Assembly (NCBI GenBank): GCA_964057225.1
Contig: OZ059894.1
Coordinates: 6,944,001 to 7,008,000 of the forward strand
Length of the DNA stretch: 64,000 nt
Direction of reading: 5' to 3'
From: Auanema rhodensis
Lineage: Eukaryota > Animalia > Nematoda
Part shown: in pieces, positions 27,617 through 39,914 of the stretch
How the letters are laid out: each line of letters opens with the position of its first letter
How positions within the stretch are numbered: position 1 is the stretch's first letter
The notes under the pieces: generated by a model
The model's database searches: none
What the model saw: the letters and a program-made list of their open reading frames with translations, nothing else
Told to the model about the DNA's origin: nothing
Position numbers and translations under genes: made by a program

Positions 27617-28904
27617 AATACTTTTGAAATCAGTTTTTTTTGTATATAAGCTTTAAAAATAAACGTGTACTTCAATTTCATGTTAAATCTGTAAAAATGC
27701 TCACAAGATAAACGTTTCGTAAATATATATTGTGTTCTTGTAACAGTGGAGGCTGCGTTGAGAAACAAATTTAAAAATAAACTACGAATTGTTCGTCTTT
27801 ATGATCAAAAAAATAACTATTCATTAATGTTCATCCTCATTAGAGATAAACTCATTGTTTTAGACCATAAAATTAGATGAATAATGAATAAAACAAAGAA
27901 ACATTAAAAATTATATATATAAACACTAAAACTGCTTAAATTAATGATATACATATATTAGAAAATGAAAACAAAACAATAAATTTTAAAATTATAACAT
28001 CACAAATCGAAACAAACTAGGTCCCATGAGTTTTAATTACTTTTATTAAAAAAAACAACCATTCTTCACGATGCTTGGAAAAGAAATAAAATACTAACAA
28101 CGTAGCACGTGAAATAAAAAAGATTTCACGTATGAGTGTCAAATCATATCTACTGGTATAATTTGTAGCTGTATCTTTCAATGGGATTCACATTTGTAAT
28201 ATGCTGATTAAAAGTCGTCATTCAACATGTGCTGAGTTCAAAAATATTCTCATAGTTTAATTAACATAAGAAATATAATAAACCTTGTATTATCTCAAGA
28301 TACGAATTCTGAGCATCGAAATTTCTCATAATAGGCTGGTAATATCGTAGATACGCTGCGTATATTGCTATGATATCTTCAAAAACTACCCTGATATGGA
28401 ACAATATTTGCTTACGTACCGCTTCTTATACCAGTCTATCAACATGGTACATTTCTTTCTCACAATGTGACAAGACTGTGGAACTTATAGCAACAAAGCC
28501 AAAAAAAACTGCTTTACAGATAAACAGAAGGCCCTATCTAGATTGCATATTCTCTTATCTCTCTCTCCTTATTCTTACAAATTAGCATTAATTTAAAATT
28601 ATAAGATAAATTATATACGTACTTAGGTACAATGTATATTAAATTACAAAAATCTAAAGTTTTGAAACGCTCTGCCGTGAATATAAAAATGTTTTATATA
28701 ACATTGTACGGTATAAAGATATGTTCCAGTTCCGTCACGTAAAATTGCGTATTAGTCATCTCATCATTCTTCAAAATTATTGTATTCGCGTTCATATAAG
28801 TGTTCAAAATGAGCGCATTCTCCTAATATTTTCATTATTTATATTTTGGTTTATATATATATATATAGCATTTTAAAATTGAACAATATGGTTTTAATTT
28901 TTAG

Positions 28905-29382
28905 ATGGCTCTTCTTGATTTATCCCAACGTCATGCTGATCTTCTTAACCAAGAAACTAGCCACAATGAGAAGGCTGATCTTACTGTCGGAGGTTATGCT
29001 GATATAATGGATTTAGAAGCCCCTAGAAATGTATGTTTTTTTATGTTTAAGTAGCTTTTTTTATTTCTATGTTTAGACGGCTAAATACGCCCCTCATGAG
29101 CTTCTTGCTGAAGGATCTCGCATGAATACTCCAATTTCTGATATTATCCATACTAAACGCTTGCTCAATGGAAATGGACAAGCTGAACAGCTTCTTCTGT
29201 ATGTTTATATTTTATTATTTAATTATTCACAAATTTATTTCAGCGAACTCAATTCTGCTGCTCAAATTAACCGTGGACCACCAGGTGTCTTTGAATCCTC
29301 AAGATTGCATTTCGATATGCTTTTGGGAAGAGATAGCGAAATTCATCCTTCTGATTATTTGAACTTCGATTCCAAATTTTAA
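28905..29382 (+). CDS. Proteasome maturation factor POMP/UMP1-like, 3 exons
   Basis: ~128 aa; C-terminal KRLLNGNGQAEQLLLELNSAAQINRGPPGVFESSRLHFDMLLGRDSEIHPSDYLN matches the recalled UMP1 pattern (G..AP..L.ME......R.P....S.L..D.L.G.D..I...D.LN). Confidence 0.75.
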
Positions 29383-29432
29383 ATGGTTAATACTGGTGTG
29401 AATTTGATCTTTTTGTATCCAATCAAGCAAAC

Positions 29433-29537
29433 AATAAATTATTTCTCTCTTTTATTTGTATATATCAAGATAAGGTTGAACAACCAGAACTATATGACTT
29501 AACGTAATAATTTAAAGAAAAAAATAATGATTTACAG
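29433..29537 (+). promoter_or_regulatory. Candidate intercistronic region (poly(A) signal plus trans-splice acceptor) between POMP and MED6
   Basis: AATAAA at 29433-29438 and TTTACAG at 29531-29537, four nt before the MED6 ATG; spacing about 100 nt. Confidence 0.65.
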
Positions 29538-29541
29538 CATT

Positions 29542-30604
29542 ATGAGTGGTAGGGTAGGAGGTGGACCACCGGGTACTGCTTCAACAACCGGCAAGTATAG
29601 AGTAAAATATATGAAACTAATTTTAAAACTTTAGTCGGCCCATTGTACCAATCATATAAAAATCCAAGTTGGCCACCGAATTATATCAATCCGGAAAATG
29701 CTTTGGAATATTTCTGTAACACAGCTAATTGTTTTTATGATCCCTCTTCCTGTAATCAACAAATTAGAATGCAAAATATTTCTCGACCGTTAGATGAATG
29801 CTTAACGTAAGTTTTGAACTTAAATTCTATTTTCAATTTCTATTTTTTTCAAGAAACATGGTTGGCATACAGTATGTTTTATGGAGTGCTCAACCACCTC
29901 TTTATATTATTTGTAAACATAGAAGAAATTCAGCACAAAATGGTTTTTGTCATTTTTCTTTTCTTTTTAAATAATATTTTTAGTTACACCATTGGCATAT
30001 TATTATATTATAAATGGTGTAGTTTCTCAATGTCCAGATCTCTTATCGTTTGTCCAAACTCGGCTACTTGGTTCAATTGACCCCCTGAAAAAAGCTTTTG
30101 ATGAAGTTGTACAATATTCAAAGTAAGTTATTAATATTATGTTTTTAGTTATACATTATATGTTTAGATATAATGTGGCGAAGGGATATTATTGGGAATT
30201 TAAGAATAAGCCCTCAAGTTCCGAAGAAAAGGTAATCAATTTCTGAGTTTAACATCTAATTATAACAATTTGTAAATTATAGGAAGAAGAGAAACCTTTA
30301 CAAGCTCGTAGTAGTCATTTTCAACAGACTCGCACTTCAATGTTAATGAAAAACTTATTTGAAATGTTCCCTCCAGCAAATGGCGTTGATGTTGGCCCGG
30401 TATGCTTTTAATTTTTTTAAAATGTTTTTATCAAGTTGCCAAATCCTGTAATCTTTGTGATTTCCTTTTTTCTTTTAGAATGCACAAACGGACCAACCAA
30501 AAATTGAAGTTATTGAAGAAGAGCCCACATCTATGGATACATCTACAAGTCTCCCTATTAAACCTGCCCCACCTTTAGATCCACCAGCTAAAAAAGCGAA
30601 GTAA
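29542..30604 (+). CDS. mdt-6: Mediator subunit MED6
   Basis: NPSWPPNYINPENALEYFCNTANCFYDPSSCNQQIRMQ...MVGIQYVLWSAQPPLYIICKHRR...PLAYYYIINGVVSQCPDLLSFVQTRL...YNVAKGYYWEFK; first intron is GC-AG. Confidence 0.95.
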
Positions 30605-31195
30605 TTTTTTATTGTACATATTGTTAGGTATTATCATTGATTTCTTTGTTTTGTTCATTTCATCTGAATTCATTCATGTTCGGAACATAAATTTGTATGA
30701 CCCTATTTGTTGTTTGATATTTCCTTCATATGTCCAATCTTTGTAAAGCTTTCTTCCCACATTGTCTAAATTGAAGCCCAAAAATTGGCTAAAGATGTTG
30801 AAAATTGAATAAAAGGAGAAAGTCAATGAATCGAATGAGATATACTTTATGAAAATGGAAATATAAATGATATGTAGGAGGATGCAGAATTATTTTTACA
30901 CGGCGCCTTAATGGTATGTCCCTATCTCTATCACTGATAGCAATTCGTTTCGTCAGTAAACCTTCTTCTCCCCAAACTTTGCTGGTTTCCCGTGTGAAAT
31001 TTAATAGACCCTATTGAAGACGTTTTTTTCCTGAAAAGGCGCCGGTTTTTGTGAAAAAAACGGTCAGCTGACGCTTCGGATGCTGCTTGTGGCTAGCCTG
31101 TATTCATTATTTTTTATTCAACTTTTTTGTACTTCTTCGTTATTTATTTAACATAAAACAGCTGCCTACAATAAATTTGACGACAGAAATCACGG

Positions 31196-34100
31196 ATGGT
31201 TTTGCGGCTGGGGCTCGACGAGCCAACTACTAGTGGTTCGCCTTTGAGTTATTTGGACGTTTCTAACATGAGTCGATCTTGGACGTATGCTATCAACACC
31301 AAGAAGGCTTTTCAGACGTCAGAAAGCAACAGATCAGCGTCTCGTATCCGCTACTTTTGCGGTGGCTTTGACAATAGTAGTTGTAGGAGTAGCGGCAGCA
31401 ACATCACAACAAGGACGGAGGGTGGGCGGAGCTGGCTAGAGTTAACGGACGGCCAACTAGATACTCGGTCACAATCTGCCAGCACGATGGTCAGCACCAG
31501 TACGACAACGACGATGACGACGATGTTGGCAATCGGCATCACAATGAAGTTTGCGGATCATCCACATGTGATCCCCAACAGGATTGATGAGCCAACTCTC
31601 CAGCGATCCAACCGTCAAGGCGACCATCGTCGTATACGTACTGACCTACGAAGCAACGACAATAACGAATACGACAACGACTATCCAATGGCCAGACGAC
31701 GACGACGACGATTTTCTGATGGCCACGACGACCACGACCTAAACGACTATCCCACCGGCTTCTCGACAACCCGCGCCTCCTTGCGCCAGAGGAGGAAGAA
31801 GCATGTCCCGTCCTCATACGATAAATCCCTTTTTTCCTCCGTCTTCCACTACTGTCGAATAGCTAGACGATCGATACTTTTGGCCTTAGTATTGCTTTCA
31901 TTGATAATGACGAGTAGCGCAGCACCACCAGCTCAACGACGAGATGACTCTACATCAGTACATCTTGTACCTCAGCACATTTCCCCCATTTCTCGTGACA
32001 TTATTCCTTCTTCTGATTCTGAACCACTATCCGTGAGAGATGGTTTCATACCCTTTTCAATAGGTAAGTTAAACTTCTTTTCTTTATTTTACTTAAATTT
32101 ACTCCATGCTCATGTACTTATCTATATATCTTACTTAGTTCAAAAATCCAGATCCATTATCCTGTGTATCGTGCTGTTTATCGCGTTTTCTTTTAAAATT
32201 GTTTGGATTTCCTTTGTTGCTCTTATCAGGCTCTTGCACTCATCAGCATCTTCAAGGACAGAAAAAAAAAACTTTTTTTGCTCATTATTCTTTGGAGATT
32301 ATCGATTAGTTCAGTTGTTGATGTTAGTTGAGTTGTGATGTAGTGTGCACCTTATCCATTTAACTCATTTTATCATCACGCTCAGGTTTTCTAATTTTTC
32401 AGGAAATTCAACTGTAGCCAAGGAACAATCAAAAAACACATTCTATTCGCTTGGACATGATATTAATACAGAATCTAATCCACCAATAATTATTGCGGAT
32501 AAGCCGAAAAAGAAAAATCGAAAACCAGGTAAGACAAGATGATTCAGCTAACTATTTCTCATTCTCCCGCCATGTACATGCTCCATGTACATGCTACATT
32601 TCAATCTATTTCACTTTTTTTTCATTTCTATCACATGTCCTTCAATATTTCTTTTCTAACGCTAATTATCAAACGATTTATCTTTCATTGACTCAATTCA
32701 CTTAATCACCCGTGTTTATGAACGAAGAAGTCTTCATTCTTTTCTTCTTCCTCATTCTACTTTCTGTACCACGTATTACAAACATAATCTAATTTCATAA
32801 TGTTAATTGTTTCCAAGCAGCTTCTTAGTAAGCATATCGAGAACAGCATAACCCATACAGCGAAATCCAGTTAATGAGTTCAACTGTGGGGAACAACCTG
32901 CCGAACAACCCACTCGTCTCAATTGCCATTTGCAATAGGGATGAACTTTGTTCCCATTTCGAAGTCCGGGGACATCTTTCTATCTCTAAACCCTCTATGT
33001 GGACCATAATGATATTATCTCTCTATTCAACTCGCCTTATATTATCTAGCAATCAACTACCAGAAACATTATGACAGTGATATAAAATTGTCTCACGATT
33101 TTTCTGGAAAAAAGCCGTCACAGCGGCTGAACTAAGCGTTTACTAGTAGGAAAAGCCCACCCAAGCTCTTCAAGCGATATATTATGTTAGTTTTGTCTCT
33201 GTGAATGATTTGCTTACTTCTATAAACATCACTCAGTTGTTGCCAGTTTAAATTGGACTTGTCAGAACAGACCGAAGTTGACGAAATTTTGAAACCTTGT
33301 AGTGAAGCCTGATTAGGCAAGTCAAACATAAACTTTCAAGTTCCTATGACATCATGGATCTTTGTCCTGAGAACTCTCCAGAGAATATACTTCAAACATG
33401 CTATTTCAGTATTACTATTCTGATATTCTATTACTTTATGACCTATAGCGTTGATATGACAAGCATGAATGTAAAATTGGGAAAAACTTTGTATTTCTTC
33501 AAGATAGACAACAATCAGTAGGACTTATAATGGAACTGATTTTAGTGAATTGTACTGATAAAGTTTGTCGAGGAATCCCGTAAGACTTCCTTGTTTGAGT
33601 TTCAAAGTTTATTCAGTAACAGACAAATTTTGTATTGATTCCCCCTTATTTATTAGAAACGTTTTGGAAAACGGTTTTAATTTTCCTTTTTTTTTCGCCA
33701 AAATCTGCTCGTCATCTGTTGATAATTCGTTTTTCAATTCTATTTGAGGATTCCGAAATCGTACTTCACTCCTTCCATTCAAACTAGAAATATGGTTTTT
33801 GCAAGCTTCTTTCCTTGTATAAGAAAAACATAATCGTTAATCGAATAGAAGAAAGAATTATGAATTCGTAATTATGCTTCATATCACTGTACAACAGTAG
33901 TTCTTAGAACATTGGAATGTGATATAAGTTAGCTTATCAGCAATTTATGTATAAGGATAGCAGTTTAAAGAGAAAGAAATCAAGAGAAGGCAAACATCGG
34001 GTGCGATAAACGGGAGAAAAATTTCTGGTCCCTCTCTCTCTCTTTTCCCTTTATTAGTCTTTCACTCTCTTTCGTTTTTGATTACCATCTAATCAATTGC

Positions 34101-36917
34101 TGATATTAACCATTATATGGCTATACTCAATTCCATGATTACATTTTTCAGAACTGTGCTCTATTGGGAGTAGGATTTTCTGTTTTTTTTTAACTGAAAA
34201 GTGCATTTTTCTAAAGCTAATGTTATTCAGTAGTGTAACAAGTGGAATATTTTGTAAAATTGTTCTGTTGTTAAAGCTGAAAGAGCTCACTTCGTAATCG
34301 AGATGGATTGATGCGAAGTAGATGAGTATCAAAGAATGCACAACCATGTTAGGCAAGTATTAGAGCAGAGATGCCTGTCCACCAAATGACTAGCCTAAAT
34401 GGATGTTTGCAGTTGGTCGAAAGTTCTTATTTTTAAGAATGACCAGCCTATTTTAGAACATCCAAAAGCTTATTTTAGCTCTTACATTCAATGATTTCTT
34501 GGAATTTGACATGCAACTCAAATCTTGAGATTGGAATCGATGAAATGTTGAAGAAGTGGCAGAGTGACTCGCGGTCTTGTCCCTAACCCACCCCCTGACT
34601 CATAGGTGTGGCTGAGATATGACGATCAGTGCAGAGAAACGCTTGCAGCAGGCCTCCCTCGAACTTCAGCTTCTACATTCCTGGCAGAGAGGAATAAGAT
34701 AAAGAAGACGCTCAGATGCATCTTCGTTTGCAATAGCATGTGTCTTGCTGCATTGGACTAACTTTCGGTGACATTTGGGGGCCGTTAGGATAAAATGGAG
34801 AAGCTGGAGAAAATTTTAGAAAAAGAGAAAAGTGAGAAGTTCTTGGTATGTGTGGCAAGGAATAAGACTCACTTTTGAATGGCGACACGATATGGTTCTA
34901 GCCAGAAGTCTGAACAAGACACGAAAATGAAGTTGAGCAGGTAGTCAAGTAAGACGTAGATCCGATTTCATACGTCCCTCTTTCTTATATACATACACAC
35001 ATACACAAACCAGGTGCTTCAGTCTTTTTCCTGACCTCACCTTCCTCCCTCGCTCATTTCTCTTCATTTCTCCGTGTTTTTTCCCATTTCTAAACTGCCT
35101 TCAACACTGAGCAGATATAAACTAACATACAAGCAGGGGATATTCATACCAGAATAGATCCCATGCCTCCTCCCACAAATCAGTTTTGACTTGGTTTTAA
35201 GAGCATATTTTCAGTGTTAGACCCTTTTCTAAAAAAATGTTCTTGGTCAAAGGGGTCTAAAAGAACTTTAACCCTGAGTTTTGATCTAGGAGGGAATCGC
35301 TTAAACCCTTACATTCTAACGGCTTACCTCCCCCCACTCTTTCTAGTGATATGAGCCATGTGTGGTATCATCTACTTAATGTCTTCTGATCAGCTTAAGA
35401 TACGTCAAAGCTGTTCTCTCAACCGGAAGTTTGAATTGATGCAAAAATGATGAGGTTGGAATGCCCTGACGCACAAGCTGTCATTATAGTTGATTCGAGT
35501 TCCAACAATCGATCATCACCCATCATAAGAGCGCACATATATCACCTCAGGTGTGCAAAGAATCACTGCAAAATATTCGTATGCCCATAGTCATGGTCCT
35601 GATTAGAAAGCAGAGTAATTACTAAGATTTTTTTTATTTTTCCTGTCTTTTTTTATGAACACGTATAATTGACACGATGGAGCCGGCAGACGAGAGGAAG
35701 ATTGAGCGACTACTTGTATCGGCTTGTCATGTGGAATCGTATGTGATTTGATAAAATTGTCCAAAGGCTTATGTATCTATATGGATGCACATACATAAGG
35801 CAACAGAAATTAAGTAGAGAACACACATATGCTTGTAAGAATAGTAAGTGGGAGGAGCTATTAGCACAATATCTTTGAAAAGGTGGGGGGGGGGGAGTCT
35901 GTGCTTTTCTAGAAGGGTGGGGGAGCTAGAATTGTGTAGGCAGGGGTGTCATAATTCCAATCAAAAGCTTACGAATTAAGCTTATGACAAACAGAGACGT
36001 ACTTACACACACACATCATAGTGATAATCAGACACGTTTTGAATTGGAAAATTTTGTGGTTAATAGCAATAAATGAAAAGTTTCGAAATCAAATAAGCAT
36101 CTTACTGAATGTTTTGTTTTAAAAGAAGGTCAACTAGTAGATTGTAAAAGCACCCGTGTGATAAGAATAGAAGAGCTGAATTTCTATCTATCTTGATTAT
36201 TACAAATATGTCATCAATATAACTTTTTAGTTTCTAACCAAAATTTTGTGATGCCTAACATTCCATTAGATAATTAATTAATTAATAATATAATTACATT
36301 TTGATGGCCTTCAAAACACATTAATATGAAAAATTATCGGAAAAGTAGAAAAAATTAAGAAAAAGTATAATTTTTATCATTTCATCATTACATATTTTAA
36401 TACAAATTCTATTCCTCCCACACATTTTTTAAGAGCAACACAAGTCGTTTACAATATTTTCTTTTAGGGCGGCGGAAACCTGCGTTGTCCGGAAGAAGCC
36501 AAGCTTTACAAGTTCTGGTTGATGCACCGACTGAACAACGATGTGAAGGGCAGAAATTCAAGCAGCGTATCCGTGTACCTGGATGCTTGACGAAAACCAT
36601 CGTCAACAGGTATTGCAAGAGAAATGGGTCAGTTATCAATAACTTGAGTATTGAAGATTCTGTTTTGGAACCTGTGCATCATATTTCATTCCAAGAATGA
36701 GTTCAAAAAAGCTTAAAGCATTTTTCAAATCTTGCTCTACCTGCGGTCCCAGAGAGTATGATTCTGTGAACGTCACTCTAGACTGTCCTGGCCAAGACCC
36801 ACCGCAAGTTACTCAATCGATTATCAAGGTATTCTGAAACTGAAGTACGTACTTCATTCTTCATTCGTTATTAAGGTAAAGAAATGTGCGTGCATAAACG
36901 TGGATCTGAACTCTTAG
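31196..36917 (+). CDS. DAN/Gremlin/Cerberus (CAN) family cystine-knot BMP antagonist with a long N-terminal region
   Basis: Exons ~31196-32063, 32403-32528, 36468-36609, 36657-36828, 36876-36917. C-terminus CEGQKFKQRIRVPGCLTKTIVNRFCFGTCASYFIP...SCSTCGP...VTLDCPG...IIKVKKCAC is a typical DAN domain. The start codon is uncertain. Confidence 0.88.
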
Positions 36918-38989
36918 CTGAGCAAGATGCGGAGACTGTACAACTCTAGCTAAGAAGACAGCTCTACTGCCTTGACCCCAGCAGCCTTGCTTTCACCAAC
37001 TGCAAGAAATTGTCGTTTTCCACAGCTCTTCATTTGATCGTTAATTATACACGACCATCAGAGCAACCGGTTATGATCTCCTTGGCGACATACAGAGCAG
37101 GTCAACACGATGACAGATCCAGCGCTAGAACAGCATTGTTCCCATCTGCCGAAACTCATCATCCAAAGTTCCAAAAACCGATTTCCTTCATTTGAACGGG
37201 TACACGCACTCACGCTCACATCTACAAGCTGAATACAACGTCATTTTATCATCACCATCATTCTACAACAGGGTTCCTCGGCATGGCGGTGCTAATCATA
37301 TTGCCTTTGGCTTTAATCCTCTAGTTTTATTCATTTTCCTTTTTAACGTATGTTGTGCGAATTGATTCGAAATACTATCACTTGGTAAGCTAGAAACTGG
37401 TAGAAAATCTAGATTATTTTCCTATTATCGCTGTGCTTCACTCTCATTGTTAAACTCTTTTTCTCTCCTTATTTTTTCTCAGATTTTTGTCTGAAAAAGC
37501 AAAAAATGCTAAGACCAAAGTAACTCTTCTTTATATCCCTGTTTATCTCTCACACATCTATTCTTTAAATTGAGTCATCACCTCTGCGATCTCATACCAA
37601 AATCAGCGACCACTACTATTCTTCCACGTGTGCTCACTTGCGAAGCTAATTGTTTGTCATGAGTAGCCCGGAGATGACGACAAAGCCCAGCTTCTGTTCA
37701 GAATCTCGTTCGGGCAGATTTCTTATCATTATAAAATTCTACATTCTCCGGGTTAATCTCGCTGTACTATCATCTTGTCCTCCAGTTCTCTCTTTCTGTT
37801 CCTACTAGTTAGACTAAATCCTCAGTTTTCTAAATTATAATAATATTAAATACATTCTTTTTAATTATCATACTTTTTTCACATCTGTTTTAAAAGTATA
37901 TTTAATCTATCGGTTTCTTATTCATTTTTTAAATTGTCATTTATTTTGTAACATAAATGTTGATCGGCTACAGTTCATGCTAACCTGTCAGTCCAACAGA
38001 ATCTTTTTGTGCTATACGAGGTCCATATAAGTGCAAAATACTAATAAATAGTTTCTAGATTATAGTCTTCTTCTATATATATTTATTATATTATTTATCT
38101 GTTGCAAGTAAAAAGAAGTAATAATGCAGTCATATCGAATCTTTGATAAAAAAAACATTTTAAAACTTTGATGTTGAAAAGTATTAATCGCATAAGAATT
38201 ATATTAAGACGATTAAATGTACATACAAATGTAATCTCATCATGATACTATTACGAACAAACATTTCGTGAATTAGCATATACTATGAAGAGAAGACCGC
38301 CGCGTCACGTGAAAATCATTAAATTTGAATCATTTTTCATTTATCGAATTATGGACCGGTTGCTCAGATGTGCTCAGTTTTCGAATGAGGTCCCACATGT
38401 TACCAAAAAAAAAAGATCTAATGCATCTTTTTTGTAATTATAAATTTGATCCTGACAAAAATTCGAAAAGAAAACAGCCAAGATGCACAAGGTTCATTCA
38501 AACGGCCTACCAACTGCCACCCAGCTTCGTACATAAATCTTCATTCGTGTTAGATGGGTTAATTAGGTTTTCCATAGATATTTAATGACAAACTTACTAA
38601 TTTTCAGCAATTTTTCACGTTTCTTTTATTAGTGAGCACCTTCCGGCTAATTTGAAGTATCTGATGATTCACTCCTGTTGTAAGAGCTAGAAAATTATTT
38701 TTGAAATTCTAGCTACTTAATCTAGAGGGGTGGCAAACAGATGTATATATATTTATTGAAATAACAAGAAACATTTTCTCTTAAAATTTGTTTTTTTTTT
38801 GCAAAAGTTGTAATGTCAACCGCAAAGAGAATTTATGATGAAGCTGATCAAATTACCCTATTACAAAGACCAGTTAGATCTAAAAAAATACCTTTCCATG
38901 TCATCTCGCAGTTCTTCTAGCATTTAACTATATTATGCGCCCACACTTAATTTCATTGGTTCTGGTCTTCGTTTATGCTGCTCTTTTAA

Positions 38990-39260
38990 ATGATGTCATG
39001 ATCAAACAAAGTACAACTTTTGAGAATCTATGAACTCTCTTTTTTTTTCTGGACGAAGAAAAGGAAGGGAAGAGTTTATATTTTTTGACTTTTTGACGAT
39101 GAAATCGAGCATATTTGACTTAAGAAGGAACGAGCATAACAGAAACCGTTTATAATTGGAGGAACAGTAATTATAGTGCGCGGAAGTTTTAGCTTATTTA
39201 GGACCGGAAACAAGTATTACGTCATAAGTTACCCGATCTTCCGCTTTTGCCAAATTTAGA
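38990..39260 (+). pseudogene. Highly decayed Tc1/Tc3-like transposase fragment
   Basis: Frameshifted peptides FFLDEEK, DLRR and IGGTVIIVRGSFSLFRTG resemble the recalled Tc3 FSDEKK...DLRK...FGGGSVMVWGAF, in the correct order. Confidence 0.3.
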
Positions 39261-39914
39261 AACGACGAAACTATTCTCAAGATGAAAAGAATCGACATGC
39301 AACTTCCGACGTTGAAGAAATATGCATTGTTTAGAATTTAACGCAATAAACCAGGGATATATCAATATTTTCATTACAGAAAGTTAATTACATTAATTAC
39401 AACCAATAATATCACATAGGGTACTCTTAGAATCACAATCATTGAGAAGCGGACATAAAAATAGATACAAGTTAACTCGAAACAAAATATATTGTGGTTA
39501 TGCTTTTGATTCCACACATGGTAGTTGGTGTTGATATGGTTAATTGATAGAAATTGTCTTATACCGTTAGATTAAATAATAAGATGTATGATGAAGATTA
39601 AATAGAAAATCTGTCAGTATGCTCTAGAAAACTAAAAATCGACGAAATATATAAGATGATGTGGTAACGATTCGACAACTATATTTGCTATGCAAGAGCA
39701 AAGCAGTTGGTGATACATAACGATATGCAGACTAGAAAAGGAAGTGAAAGCAACCGGAGAAAGAAAGGTTAATCGCAAAAAAACCCCAAAAGAAGTAAAA
39801 TCAGGAATGACACTTCAGTCTACTCAGCTCATGATTATCTTCAAACCCAAATAATTCAACTAAGAATTGAATAGATCACATATTGAAAACAACTATAGCA
39901 TAGTCATCAACTGA

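Noticed and set aside
32064-32338. Hydrophobic C-terminal part of the 380-aa ORF
   Set aside because: Intron read-through after the strong donor AG|GTAAGT at 32064.
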